A stretch of 64,000 bases of DNA from assembly GCA_019058365.1 (NCBI GenBank), contig JAHPZE010000006.1, forward strand, positions 64,001 through 128,000. The letters run 5' to 3'. How positions within the stretch are numbered: position 1 is the stretch's first letter; each line of letters begins with the position of its first letter. The position numbers were made by a program, and so were the translations under genes. The DNA is from Promethearchaeota archaeon (GTDB lineage Archaea; Asgardarchaeota; Lokiarchaeia; Sigyniarchaeales; SOKP01). The notes below the pieces were generated by a model, which had not been told where the DNA came from, searched no databases, and saw only the letters and a program-made list of their open reading frames with translations. Below are positions 10,107 through 20,307 of this stretch, piece by piece.

Positions 10107-12404
10107 ATGATTGTTGAGGAATTTATATTTTTAGAAAAAAAAATTCCAATTGAACGAAGAGAAGAATTTAGCTCTTCTTATAAAATCAAATCTTATGAAA
10201 CAAAAGTAAGATTCATGGAAGAGAGAAAAATTCCTCAGAAAAATATTGAAGATGTTCTTGCTCATTTTTTCAAAATTAATACAAACATCTCGAAAAAAAC
10301 AAAAAACTCAATATCTAAAATATTATTCTCCCAAAAAGATAGAATTTTAATATTAATTACCCCTTCTGGCAAAGATATTATTCTAAATCGAGATAGATTA
10401 ATTAAAGATTATGGATGGTTCTTTTTCATAGAAAAACCAGAAAAAAAAGAAAAAGAATTAAAAAAGAAAAAGCCTAAAAAGAAGGAGGAAAGAAAGGAAG
10501 AAAATACCATAGGTACAGAAGAATTTCATTTTGAAGAGATAATAATTCCTTTAAAACAAAAGGAAAATATGAGAGCATTATATAGAACAAAAGAATATAA
10601 TCAATACCTAAAAATAATTAAATCCGAAGAATTACCTCAAATTCCTATAAAAGATGTTCTTGCAGATTTTTTCTTTAAAGATGAGCTCGTTCCAGCTGAA
10701 GAAAAAAAAGGCATTAGAAAGATTATCTATTATCATAAGGAAAAAGTCATAGTCATTAAATCTCTTGTAGGTGATGAAATGTATGAAAACTTGGAGAGAT
10801 TAGTTAAAACGTATGGTTGGTATTTTTATATAACTGGAGTTTCTGTAGGAAAATGTGAAATTTGCATCGCAATTGATAAAATAGAAAAAAGATTTGATGC
10901 AAAATATTTTTCTAATATCTCTCTTAAAAATAATAATGAAAAAGATATTAGAGTAAGTATTTACCCCATTGTTCTTAAACCGAATCATAATTGCCATATC
11001 TTAGGATTAGGAAATCTGAATATCTTATTGGATTGTGGACTTTCAGAAAAAGATGAAGAAAATGAAATTGAAGGGGATATTCGGCATATTGAAGATTATC
11101 TTCAGAATTTACCACAGTATCTTTTAGAAGAAGAAAAAATTAAAAAAAAGATTACCAATGATGATCAAGATGAGATAATTCTAGAAAACATTCCAAAAAA
11201 TCCTAAAATTGATGCCATTTTTATATCACATAGTCATTATGATCATGTTTCTGGGCTAAAGGAATTAATTAAATTATATCCAGATGTACCTATTTTTAGT
11301 TCTAGAATAAGTCTTGATTTATATCTCCTTAGGGATTCAAACTTCTTAAAACAAGAAAATCATACGGAAATTGAAGAAGCTGAATACCGAAATATCATTA
11401 GAAATATAGTTTATGTTGAAAACGGTACTAAAATCGACTTTAAAGAAAAAGATTGTTACCTTTCATTTTTCCATGCTGGTCATATGCCCGGTGCTTTGAT
11501 GATGTTGGCAAAAACAGATGATTTTAGATTCTTATATACAGGAGACTATACTTACATTGATATTACACCATTTGCCGGCACTAGACGATTTTTAGAACAA
11601 ATATCTCGCCCTATAGACTATTTACTTATTGATGGTACTGCCGCTCAAGAAGATTTTGGAAATATTTCTGATCAATTTCATAGTTTAATCTTGTTTTTAG
11701 AGCAAAAGGCAGAATATGGAGATAACTCTCTCATTGGGGCAGATCCATCAAGTTTGGCTATAAGTTTTATGTTAACCTTCTGGAGATATTTTAGAAAACT
11801 TCAATTACGGCGTGGTTTCAAGAAACGCCCTAACATTTATGTAGACATGATGGTGAGGAAAAATATCCAAGTTATCAACCATCGTTATGAGTACATTTAT
11901 GGTCCAATTTCAAGATTAATTAGAGATAAGGCAAATCCTTTTAATAGCATAAAGTTTAGATGGTTTGATCACTCTAATTTAGACTTTTTACGTAAAAAAA
12001 ACAATATTATTATTTCTCATCCACCAGATCTTTCTTATGGATTAATTAGAAATATTATTAATATTATTGGGCGTAGCCCTCATAATTTTGTTTTTCTCGC
12101 AGGCTCTATTCATGAGTCTCCTGGTGCAGAATTGGTTGAAGGTGCTGACGAAATCCAGTTCTCTGAGACATGGAAAATGCCATTTCGCGCATTCTTGCTT
12201 AATACTTTTGCACCTCATATTAAAATAAAACTTCATGCCGATAAAAATCAATTAAGAGAAATGATAAAAAGTTTAGAACCAAAAGAAGTCTGTTTTTTCC
12301 ACCAATCCGCTAAAAAATTAACAGAAGTAGTAGAATATGTAAATGAATTAGGTGTTGAAAAAGTTTCATTGCCTATAAAGAGAAAACTCCTAATATTAAA
12401 ATAA
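10107..12404 (+). CDS. Beta-CASP family metallo-beta-lactamase ribonuclease with duplicated N-terminal domain
   Basis: LLDCG, SHSHYDH, AGHMPG, YTGD, LIDGT, late LHAD and FH motifs. Confidence 0.8.
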   Translation: MIVEEFIFLEKKIPIERREEFSSSYKIKSYETKVRFMEERKIPQKNIEDVLAHFFKINTNISKKTKNSISKILFSQKDRILILITPSGKDIILNRDRLIKDYGWFFFIEKPEKKEKELKKKKPKKKEERKEENTIGTEEFHFEEIIIPLKQKENMRALYRTKEYNQYLKIIKSEELPQIPIKDVLADFFFKDELVPAEEKKGIRKIIYYHKEKVIVIKSLVGDEMYENLERLVKTYGWYFYITGVSVGKCEICIAIDKIEKRFDAKYFSNISLKNNNEKDIRVSIYPIVLKPNHNCHILGLGNLNILLDCGLSEKDEENEIEGDIRHIEDYLQNLPQYLLEEEKIKKKITNDDQDEIILENIPKNPKIDAIFISHSHYDHVSGLKELIKLYPDVPIFSSRISLDLYLLRDSNFLKQENHTEIEEAEYRNIIRNIVYVENGTKIDFKEKDCYLSFFHAGHMPGALMMLAKTDDFRFLYTGDYTYIDITPFAGTRRFLEQISRPIDYLLIDGTAAQEDFGNISDQFHSLILFLEQKAEYGDNSLIGADPSSLAISFMLTFWRYFRKLQLRRGFKKRPNIYVDMMVRKNIQVINHRYEYIYGPISRLIRDKANPFNSIKFRWFDHSNLDFLRKKNNIIISHPPDLSYGLIRNIINIIGRSPHNFVFLAGSIHESPGAELVEGADEIQFSETWKMPFRAFLLNTFAPHIKIKLHADKNQLREMIKSLEPKEVCFFHQSAKKLTEVVEYVNELGVEKVSLPIKRKLLILK

Positions 12405-12495
12405 TGGGTATAATTTATAAGAAACAAACCATAAATCTTTATGATATCAATATATTATTTTTCATAGAATTACACATATAATAAGGTGATTAAGC

Positions 12496-12879
12496 ATATA
12501 TTCTGATAAAGTAATGGAGCACTTCAGAAATCCACGAAATATGGGTGAAATGAAAGGTGCTGATGCTATTGGCGAATATGGAAATCCTGTATGTGGCGAT
12601 TTAATGTATATTTATATTAAAATAAGAGAAGAGAATGGAAAAGAATATATTAATGATATATCTTTTCAAACCTTTGGTTGTGCGGCCGCTATAGCCTCCT
12701 CATCAATGTTAACAGAACTAGCTAAGGGGAAGAGCTTAGATGAGGCGATGAATATTACTAGAGACGATGTTGCTTCTTCGTTAGATGGATTACCTCCCAT
12801 CAAATTACATTGTTCAAATTTAGCAGCAGATGCATTAAAAGATGCGATAAATAAATATCGAGAAAAGAAAAAATACTAA
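12496..12879 (+). CDS. iscU: Fe-S cluster scaffold IscU/NifU-N; probable ATA start at 12496 (ORF track starts at 12514)
   Basis: HFRNPRNMG, GNPVCGD, FGCAAAIASSS, LPPIKLHC; in-frame YSDKV precedes the first ATG. Confidence 0.92.
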   Translation: MYSDKVMEHFRNPRNMGEMKGADAIGEYGNPVCGDLMYIYIKIREENGKEYINDISFQTFGCAAAIASSSMLTELAKGKSLDEAMNITRDDVASSLDGLPPIKLHCSNLAADALKDAINKYREKKKY

Positions 12880-12951
12880 TAATGTATGTTAAATGTGTTT
12901 AAATGTCTTTAATAATAAAAATGTAAGAGATTTTTTATCTTTGAGTTTATT

Positions 12952-13806
12952 ATGAACTCTTCTAAACCTATACCTGATATAATTCGAGAGCGAACATCTC
13001 GTCGGACTTATTCAGGTCAACCTCTCGACAAAGCTATGAGAGAAAAGTTAAATAAATTATTAGAGAATCATGATCTAAAAAGTCCTTTCAGTGAATATTC
13101 TGGAAAGGCGAGATTCGAACTTATTAGTGTGCCAGAATTTGATACTAATGAAAGAAAGAAAATAGGGACTTACGGGTTGATTAAAGGAGCTCAAGATTTT
13201 ATTGTGGGTGCTGTTGAAAGGTCTAAGTTTGATCGTGAACATTTTGGATATCTTATGGAAACCATCATATTAGCCGCCACAGATATGGGCTTAGGAACTT
13301 GTTGGTTAGGAGGTTTTTTTAATAAAAGTCTTTTTTCTGCAAAAATTAATAGCAGTTCGAATGAAATTGTCCCTGCTATTACTCCTATTGGCTATTATCT
13401 TCAAAGAACAATTAAGGAAAAAGCAATTAGGACATTCGTGAAAGCAAATAAACGATTCTCATGGGATCGTTTATTTTTTAATGGCAAATTGAATACTCCA
13501 CTTAGTCTTGAAGATGGAGGAAAGTATTCTGAATTACTTGAAATGGTTAGATTGGGTCCTTCTGCCAGTAATAAACAACCTTGGAGGATTATTAAGGATC
13601 CAAATATAAATAACTTTCATTTTTATACTGTGAAAACTAGTTCAGTTTATAGTAAATTTCCACCTCTAGATATTGGAATAGCAGTATGTCATTTTGATCT
13701 TACAGCAAAAGAATTATGTATTAATGGAACTTGGTTATTTGAAAATCCTCAAATTCTTGGAACAGAAGATTTAATATATAAAATTTCTTGGAATGAATAC
13801 AAATGA
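12952..13806 (+). CDS. Two-domain nitroreductase family protein
   Basis: RTSRRTY, GLGTCWLGG, RLGPSASNKQPW, DIGIAVCHF. Confidence 0.88.
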   Translation: MNSSKPIPDIIRERTSRRTYSGQPLDKAMREKLNKLLENHDLKSPFSEYSGKARFELISVPEFDTNERKKIGTYGLIKGAQDFIVGAVERSKFDREHFGYLMETIILAATDMGLGTCWLGGFFNKSLFSAKINSSSNEIVPAITPIGYYLQRTIKEKAIRTFVKANKRFSWDRLFFNGKLNTPLSLEDGGKYSELLEMVRLGPSASNKQPWRIIKDPNINNFHFYTVKTSSVYSKFPPLDIGIAVCHFDLTAKELCINGTWLFENPQILGTEDLIYKISWNEYK

Positions 13807-13955
13807 TGATAAACCTATCCAATGGTTTATCAAATTTCTAAAAGTAAAACTAATAAAAATTCTTTAAATTATAATCGGTACTTATAATTATAGAATTTGG
13901 TATCTTATCTTAATCATATACAATTTAAATTTGATAAATGTGAGGTGTTAAAAAA

Positions 13956-14192
13956 GTGATCTTTATACCTTTTCATATATATGCATTTACTCCCTTTCAC
14001 TGGATTTTCATGCTTTTAGGAGGTATTCTTTATTTTGTTATCAGTTTATTTATCGCAAAATATATACATAAAGATGCACTTAAGAGAGGAATTAAAAATA
14101 GTGAATTTTGGTTATTAATTGGTTTTATTCTTAACTTGATCGGATTACTACTATATGTATTCGTAAGAAAAAATTATGAACAAAGAACTTAA
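13956..14192 (+). CDS. Small two-helix membrane protein
   Basis: GAGGTG SD plus GTG start; YIHKDALKRG..FWLL..GLLLY pattern. Confidence 0.7.
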   Translation: MIFIPFHIYAFTPFHWIFMLLGGILYFVISLFIAKYIHKDALKRGIKNSEFWLLIGFILNLIGLLLYVFVRKNYEQRT

Positions 14193-14282
14193 TATTTAAA
14201 ATCTAGTAAGAGAAGTAAACATTAATTTTTTTAAATTTTTTTTCAGCTATAATATATTTAAGATCATTTTTGTATTGAATTA

Positions 14283-14723
14283 TTATTTGTGATAAGAATC
14301 AATATAAGCTTTTGCGCAATGCTTACAACAGAAATTTAATTCTTTACCATGAAATAATTCAACATGAAAATCTTCATAAAGTTTTACTCCACAACTTGCA
14401 CATATTTTTAATTTTGACTTTATTGCAACTTCTATTAAGTTATCAAACCTAGAGAAAATTCTGTCAACAAATTCAAATCCAGAAGAAGTTAATTTAAAAC
14501 CTTTAGACCTTTTTGATTTTGGAGTTGGGACATCTTCAATATATCCTTCTACTTTTAATTTATTAAGAAAATCATATACATAAGTAGGACTAGCTGTTGT
14601 ATGCAAATCTTTATCAAGCCGTTTCAAAATAGAATATCCTGTTATGCTTGTTTCTGATTTTAACAGCATTAATATAAAAAATCGTGATAAACTTTGGACT
14701 TTAATATTATCATCTTCACTCAT
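14283..14723 (-). CDS. PadR-like winged-helix regulator with C-terminal TRASH metal-binding domain
   Basis: TGYSILK..SPTYVYDFL.KL..EGYI; CASCG...LNFCCKHC. Confidence 0.8.
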   Translation of the reverse strand: MSEDDNIKVQSLSRFFILMLLKSETSITGYSILKRLDKDLHTTASPTYVYDFLNKLKVEGYIEDVPTPKSKRSKGFKLTSSGFEFVDRIFSRFDNLIEVAIKSKLKICASCGVKLYEDFHVELFHGKELNFCCKHCAKAYIDSYHK

Positions 14724-14803
14724 AGTAAAAATCCCAATTAAAACAAATAATGAATAAATACGATTTAAAAATTTTGTATATATAATATAATAAATATCCT
14801 TAA

Positions 14804-14825
14804 ATATATACTTTTCAGTATATAT
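14804..14825. promoter_or_regulatory. 9-bp inverted repeat, candidate operator between the regulator and the copper genes
   Basis: atatatact-tttc-agtatatat. Confidence 0.35.
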
Positions 14826-14883
14826 ATTAGATTTTAATGAATTTTTTTAATAAATTATAACAAAAGTAAACGGAGAAGATTTA

Positions 14884-15192
14884 ATGATTTTAGATAATGG
14901 GGATGAATTTACACATCACATGATGATGGATTGGGAGCTTGGAAATTGGATATATATAATTTTAGGGTTAGGGATAATTCTTTTAATTCTACTTATTTTA
15001 GGGTTCATTTTTCTCTATAAAAATCGTAAAAGTATGGCTAACTATAAATATATTCAAAATAATGTTCAAAAGCAAAGAGATAATGAAATTAGTGATAATA
15101 CCTTTCAAAAAGTAAATTTTTGTTACAATTGCGGAAGAAAATTAGACGATAGTCAATCAAAATATTGTTCTTTCTGTGGAGCACAAATTTAA
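14884..15192 (+). CDS. Single-TM protein with His/Met-rich N-terminus and C-terminal zinc ribbon
   Basis: FTHHMMMD, one TM helix, CYNCG..CSFCG. Confidence 0.7.
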   Translation: MILDNGDEFTHHMMMDWELGNWIYIILGLGIILLILLILGFIFLYKNRKSMANYKYIQNNVQKQRDNEISDNTFQKVNFCYNCGRKLDDSQSKYCSFCGAQI

Positions 15193-15345
15193 AATATGAA
15201 ATTAGACCATTTTAAAAATTTATTAAAAAAATTCTTTAAAATCAATAATTAGAAAAACAAATTTCAATAGAGAATTACAAAATATAATCAAAATTTATAA
15301 TAATAGCATTTGGTAATTAAGAATTAAGCTTTTAGGTGATAATTA

Positions 15346-18300
15346 ATGGGAATAGAATCTAATGAAAAAGTAAAAATTAAGCTTGGCGGAATGACATGCG
15401 CCTCTTGTGCATTGAAAATAGAGACAAAATTAAAAAGTTTAGAAGGTGTTAAAAGTTCTGTTGTCAATTTTGCAAATGAAGAAGCAACCGTTGAATATAA
15501 CCCAACAGTAGCAAATTATAATGTTTTTAATGATGCAATACGAAATTTAGGTTATAAAGCATCACTTGCTAAGATGGATATTAAAATAATTGATTCCCTC
15601 CCAAAAAATGAGTTAGACATTTTGGAAAACAAAATTAAGCAAATTAATGGAATACAAAATATTAGAAGTAATTTTGAAGCACAGAAATTTTTCATTGAAT
15701 TTAATGAATTAAAATTAAGTGAAAATGAAGTTTATTCATTAGTTAAAAATTTTGGATACAAAATTGAGAAAGCGGCAGGTGCTATAGATAAGGAAATTGA
15801 ACAACATAAAAAAGAAATGAGATATCGCTTAATCCTTCTTATAATTTCATTAGCATTTGCAGCAATCATCGCCCCCATTAATTTTGTTATACCTGCTAAT
15901 TTCACACGAAATTTAATACTAACCATTTTAGCGACTACTAACTACGCTATATCTGGGTCTTTCTTCCTAGGTGGTGCATATAAATCGCTTAAGAATAGAT
16001 CAACAAATATGGATGTGTTGATTGTGTTAGGAACAACAACTGCTTATGTTTATTCTATACTAACTACTTTTTTTATATCGGGAGACGTTTTTTATGATGC
16101 GATGAGTATGATATTTGCTTTTATTTTAATAGGGAAATATTTAGAACATAAAACGAAAGGACAAGCTTCTGAGGCAATAAAGAAGCTTATTGGTTTGCAA
16201 CCTAAAACAGCAACATTATTAAAAGAGGGAAAAGAGATTGAAATTCCTATTGAAGAGATAGAGATTGGTGATACTCTGGTAGTTAGACCGGGTGAGAAAA
16301 TACCAGTTGATGGAAAAGTTCTTGAGGGCAAAACGAAAATCGATGAATCTATGATAACAGGTGAAAGTAAGTATGTTAAGAAAATTGTGGGAGATAATGT
16401 TATAGGTGCTACTGTAAATCAAACTGGACTAATCAAAATGACGACAGAAAAAATCGGAAAAGACACCCTTCTTTTTCAAATTATTGATTTTGTTAAAGAT
16501 GCTCAAGCTCGAAAGGGGTCAAGACAACGCTTAGCAGATAAAGTGAGCAGTTATTTTGTACCTATCGTGATTATAACTGCTACTCTTGCATTTTTATATT
16601 GGTATTTTATAGCAAATTTAGGTTATGAAATCGCACTACTAGTTTTTACATCCGTTGTTGTAATTTCTTGTCCTTGTGCTTTAGGATTAGCGATTCCCAC
16701 TGCAATTATGGTTGGAACTGGGAAAGGTGCTGAAAATGGTATTCTTATGAAAGGAGGGGACTCATTAGAAGCTGTAAATAATATCAATACTATCGTTTTC
16801 GATAAGACAGGAACTTTAACTGTTGGAAAACCAAAAGTAACTATGATTTATTCTGAAAAGGATTTAATAGGAAAAGGATTAGGTAAAAAAGATATTCTTT
16901 ATTTTGCAGGAAGTGCCGAAATGGGTTCTGAGCATCCACTTGGTCAGGCTATAATTGAAGAAGCAAATCAAGAAGGGTTAAAATTAGTATCTCCGAAAGA
17001 ATTTGATGCAATACCAGGAAAAGGAATAATAACAAAAATAGATAATAAGCGAGTTTTTGTTGGCAATGAAAAATTATTCTTAACAAATGATTTCGCTTTC
17101 AATGAATATAATTCAAAATTTATTGAATCCCAGGAAAAGGGGAATACAACAGTCTTAATAGGTGTTGATGATCAAATTAAAGGAATTATTGGTATTGCTG
17201 ATAAGGTGAAAGACCAAGCTAGCTACGCTCTTGAAAAGCTACGTGAGAGTGGATTGGATATATATATGTTAACTGGTGATAATAAGAAAACTGCAATGAA
17301 CATTGGAATGGACTTGAATTTTGATGAAGATCATATATTAGCAGAAGTATTACCTAATGAGAAAGCGCTTACGATCAAGAAACTTCAAGATTCTGGAGAA
17401 AATATACATGTTGCAATGGTAGGTGATGGAATAAATGATGCTCCTGCCTTAGCACAAGCGAATGTTGGAATTGCAATTGGTTCTGGAACAGATGTAGCTA
17501 TTGAAACTGCAGATATTGTTCTTATGCGAGGTGATTTAAGAAACGTTGTAGCAGCAATCAAGTTATCCCAGAAAACATATAGAAAAATGATTACTAACCT
17601 TTTCTGGGCATTTATTTATAATATTATTGGAATTCCCTTAGCAGCGGGGTTATTATTTACTTTTACAGGCAATTTTCTTCCACCATACTTAGCTGCGATA
17701 TTTATGGCTTCAAGTTCCGTTTCAGTTGTCACAAATGCTTTATTCTTGAAAAGATATGAACCAAAAACTGAACAACAGATCCAAGAAATGAAACTCTTAG
17801 CTGAACAGAAAGTAATTGATCCTATATGTGGAATGGAAATTATTCCTAGCCAATCAATTGAATATAAATTCAAAGGTAAGAATTATTATTTCTGTAGTGT
17901 TGTATGCGAAAAAGAATTTAAATTAAATCCTGCAAAATATGCTAATTTTCAAAATATTGACCCAAAATTAATGCAAAAACAAGCTAATTCCTCAGAATTA
18001 GTCACTGATCCCGTCTGTGGTATGAAGGGACGTGTAGAAGATTGGATTGAACATGAATATAATGGAAAAAGATATTATTTCTGTAATGAAAATTGCATGA
18101 AAGAATTTAAAAATAATCCTGAGAAATATATCGAAAAAGAGAATCAAGAGGTATCAAAGGATATACCCGAAGAAACTGGGGAGATATTAAAATGTTCTGA
18201 GTGTGGTCATGAAATAGAATTACCAGAGCATTGTGGAAGACCCATGCATAAAGAGGATGATCAATTAGTATGTTGGATGGGTGCCTCTTGTGGTGCTCAA

Positions 18301-18555
18301 CCAATTCCAAAACATCATGGGAAAACCATGGAAATTATAAAAAGTAAAATTAATGAAGAAAAAAATCTAAAGGAGGATGATAAAAAAATGATAAGATTAA
18401 AATGTGAAGAATGTGGATTAGAACAAACACTTCCAATGCATTGTGGAAAACCTATGCATAAAGAAGGTGACCAATTAGTTTGTTGGATGGGTGCCTCTTG
18501 TGGCACAATACCAATCCCAGAACATCATGGTAAGCCAATGAACATAGTTGAATAA
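15346..18555 (+). CDS. copA: Cu(I)-exporting P1B-1 ATPase with extended C-terminal metal-binding domains
   Basis: [34 protein letters not shown] and MxxSS; two YHS/TRASH domains (DPICGM, DPVCGM) plus two Cys/His repeats. Confidence 0.93.
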   Translation: MGIESNEKVKIKLGGMTCASCALKIETKLKSLEGVKSSVVNFANEEATVEYNPTVANYNVFNDAIRNLGYKASLAKMDIKIIDSLPKNELDILENKIKQINGIQNIRSNFEAQKFFIEFNELKLSENEVYSLVKNFGYKIEKAAGAIDKEIEQHKKEMRYRLILLIISLAFAAIIAPINFVIPANFTRNLILTILATTNYAISGSFFLGGAYKSLKNRSTNMDVLIVLGTTTAYVYSILTTFFISGDVFYDAMSMIFAFILIGKYLEHKTKGQASEAIKKLIGLQPKTATLLKEGKEIEIPIEEIEIGDTLVVRPGEKIPVDGKVLEGKTKIDESMITGESKYVKKIVGDNVIGATVNQTGLIKMTTEKIGKDTLLFQIIDFVKDAQARKGSRQRLADKVSSYFVPIVIITATLAFLYWYFIANLGYEIALLVFTSVVVISCPCALGLAIPTAIMVGTGKGAENGILMKGGDSLEAVNNINTIVFDKTGTLTVGKPKVTMIYSEKDLIGKGLGKKDILYFAGSAEMGSEHPLGQAIIEEANQEGLKLVSPKEFDAIPGKGIITKIDNKRVFVGNEKLFLTNDFAFNEYNSKFIESQEKGNTTVLIGVDDQIKGIIGIADKVKDQASYALEKLRESGLDIYMLTGDNKKTAMNIGMDLNFDEDHILAEVLPNEKALTIKKLQDSGENIHVAMVGDGINDAPALAQANVGIAIGSGTDVAIETADIVLMRGDLRNVVAAIKLSQKTYRKMITNLFWAFIYNIIGIPLAAGLLFTFTGNFLPPYLAAIFMASSSVSVVTNALFLKRYEPKTEQQIQEMKLLAEQKVIDPICGMEIIPSQSIEYKFKGKNYYFCSVVCEKEFKLNPAKYANFQNIDPKLMQKQANSSELVTDPVCGMKGRVEDWIEHEYNGKRYYFCNENCMKEFKNNPEKYIEKENQEVSKDIPEETGEILKCSECGHEIELPEHCGRPMHKEDDQLVCWMGASCGAQPIPKHHGKTMEIIKSKINEEKNLKEDDKKMIRLKCEECGLEQTLPMHCGKPMHKEGDQLVCWMGASCGTIPIPEHHGKPMNIVE
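18187..18552 (+). repeat. Duplicated ~50-codon Cys/His/Met domain at the copA 3' end (210-nt offset)
   Basis: [33 protein letters not shown] and [33 protein letters not shown]; shared DNA tgttggatgggtgcctcttgtgg. Confidence 0.9.
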
Positions 18556-18582
18556 AAAATATTAAAAGAGGTAATTAAATAA

Positions 18583-18756
18583 TTGAAACTGTATAGATGC
18601 AGTCAATGTGGTAAAGAAATCGAAACACTGCCTAAACATTGCGCGGAAGATATGGTGTTTAATGAAGAAAGGAATCAATTTGAATGTTATATGGGACCAG
18701 ATTGTGGTTATCTTCCTCTAAATGAATTAAAATGTGAAAACTGTTGTAATTTATAA
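18583..18756 (+). CDS. 57-aa Cys-rich protein homologous to the CopA C-terminal repeats (not in ORF track)
   Basis: GAGGT SD, TTG start; MKLYRCSQCGKEIETLPKHCAEDMVFNEERNQFECYMGPDCGYLPLNELKCENCCNL*. Confidence 0.8.
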   Translation: MKLYRCSQCGKEIETLPKHCAEDMVFNEERNQFECYMGPDCGYLPLNELKCENCCNL

Positions 18757-18868
18757 TAAAAAATAAATTATTTTTTTTCAAATTTTAAAATTGTTAAAAT
18801 CATTTATGGCTAATTATAGTTGAATAAAGTTAAGATAAAGCAACAAAATTCGTTAAGAATATTAAAAT

Positions 18869-20173
18869 TTAAGTTTCAAAATTCTTTCGTTTTTGAATAT
18901 TTAACCATACTCCTAAAAAAATAAATATAAAGAGACCAATAAGACAAATTAGTGCTCCTAAAAGAAAAGCCATTTGATATGCAAATACTTCACTTATTCC
19001 TCTATTTATTAAAAAATCGATGAGAGGACCACCGATCAATGTGCTAGCAGAGCCCCACGATAGAAAAAAAGTAGTATTATATACCGCAAATAATTTTGCA
19101 CGCATTCTTGCTGGTATTAAAACAGAAGCAATAGCATATGAGGAAGCAGAAATTATAACTTCTGCTGCACCAATTAAAAAACTTCCTATAAAAATAATTT
19201 CCAAACATTGTGTGGTTGCTGTAATTACTAGTGCCACAATTCCAATGGTAGTTCCAATAATTAAAGCTTTTGAATTACCCAATTTTTTACTTAAAGATCC
19301 TGCTGTAAATCCAATCATCATAACTGCTATTGAACGGGAATTTGCTACAAAACTTAACATTATACTATTCAAGTTAAATCCAGATTCTAAAGTAAGGTAT
19401 TGAGGGTAAGGTACTGCGATAGAATTTCTACCAAAATTAATAAAAACTAAAGCAATTATAAACACAATAAAAATTAAAATACTCTTTTGTTGTTTGTTGT
19501 TGATATCATTTTTTTCAACCAAAATCGCATCTTCTTGCTTTTCCAATTCAATTCCTCCCTCTGGGGTCATTAACATTGGAATTGTAGAAATTATCATTAC
19601 AAAAGAAGCTACAAAAAACAAAGGTCCGTTTCTAAATCCAAAACCATAATCATATAAAAATCCACCAATAAATATTCCAATAATACGTCCCAAACCTCCT
19701 AGACTTGTTAACTGACCCATAATCTTACTTCTCTTTTCAGACGGATATAAATCACTTATCAAAGCACTCCAACCTATATTAGACATGGACCAAAACATTT
19801 CAATGAGACTAAGTCCTATTATGATAACCCATCCCGCTATTAAAAAATTGTTAAAAATAGAGTGAACACCCCACACAGTAATAGTACCTATTCCTGCTAA
19901 AATCTCACCACATATTATCAAAGTTCTTCGACGCTGGAACTTATCACTAATCGGACCCCACACGAAATTTTGAAATATGACACTCATCAACATGGGTATG
20001 CTTGCATAGAGCGTTGTCATAGTAACGGATAAATTTAAGAAATCTCTCATATAGATCGATAAATATGTATAGAAAAGGCCTCTTCTAAACATAGCTAACA
20101 TTTGAAAAGATGATAATCCAGAAAATATTTGTATAGACGATTTAGAATGTTCCTTCTTAAGTATTCTTCTCAT
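18869..20173 (-). CDS. MFS transporter
   Basis: About 12 TM segments, motif A-like WGPISDKFQRRR. Confidence 0.88.
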   Translation of the reverse strand: MRRILKKEHSKSSIQIFSGLSSFQMLAMFRRGLFYTYLSIYMRDFLNLSVTMTTLYASIPMLMSVIFQNFVWGPISDKFQRRRTLIICGEILAGIGTITVWGVHSIFNNFLIAGWVIIIGLSLIEMFWSMSNIGWSALISDLYPSEKRSKIMGQLTSLGGLGRIIGIFIGGFLYDYGFGFRNGPLFFVASFVMIISTIPMLMTPEGGIELEKQEDAILVEKNDINNKQQKSILIFIVFIIALVFINFGRNSIAVPYPQYLTLESGFNLNSIMLSFVANSRSIAVMMIGFTAGSLSKKLGNSKALIIGTTIGIVALVITATTQCLEIIFIGSFLIGAAEVIISASSYAIASVLIPARMRAKLFAVYNTTFFLSWGSASTLIGGPLIDFLINRGISEVFAYQMAFLLGALICLIGLFIFIFLGVWLNIQKRKNFET

Positions 20174-20307
20174 AAAAGTAAAAATTGCGAATTTTAGATA
20201 ACTAAAAGAAACGTTTTTTCTAAACTTTTCTAATCATTAAAACTTAAAAAAGACTGGTTTGGCAATTTAGATAATAATGGTAAAATTCAAGGGAATAAAA
20301 CATAGAA

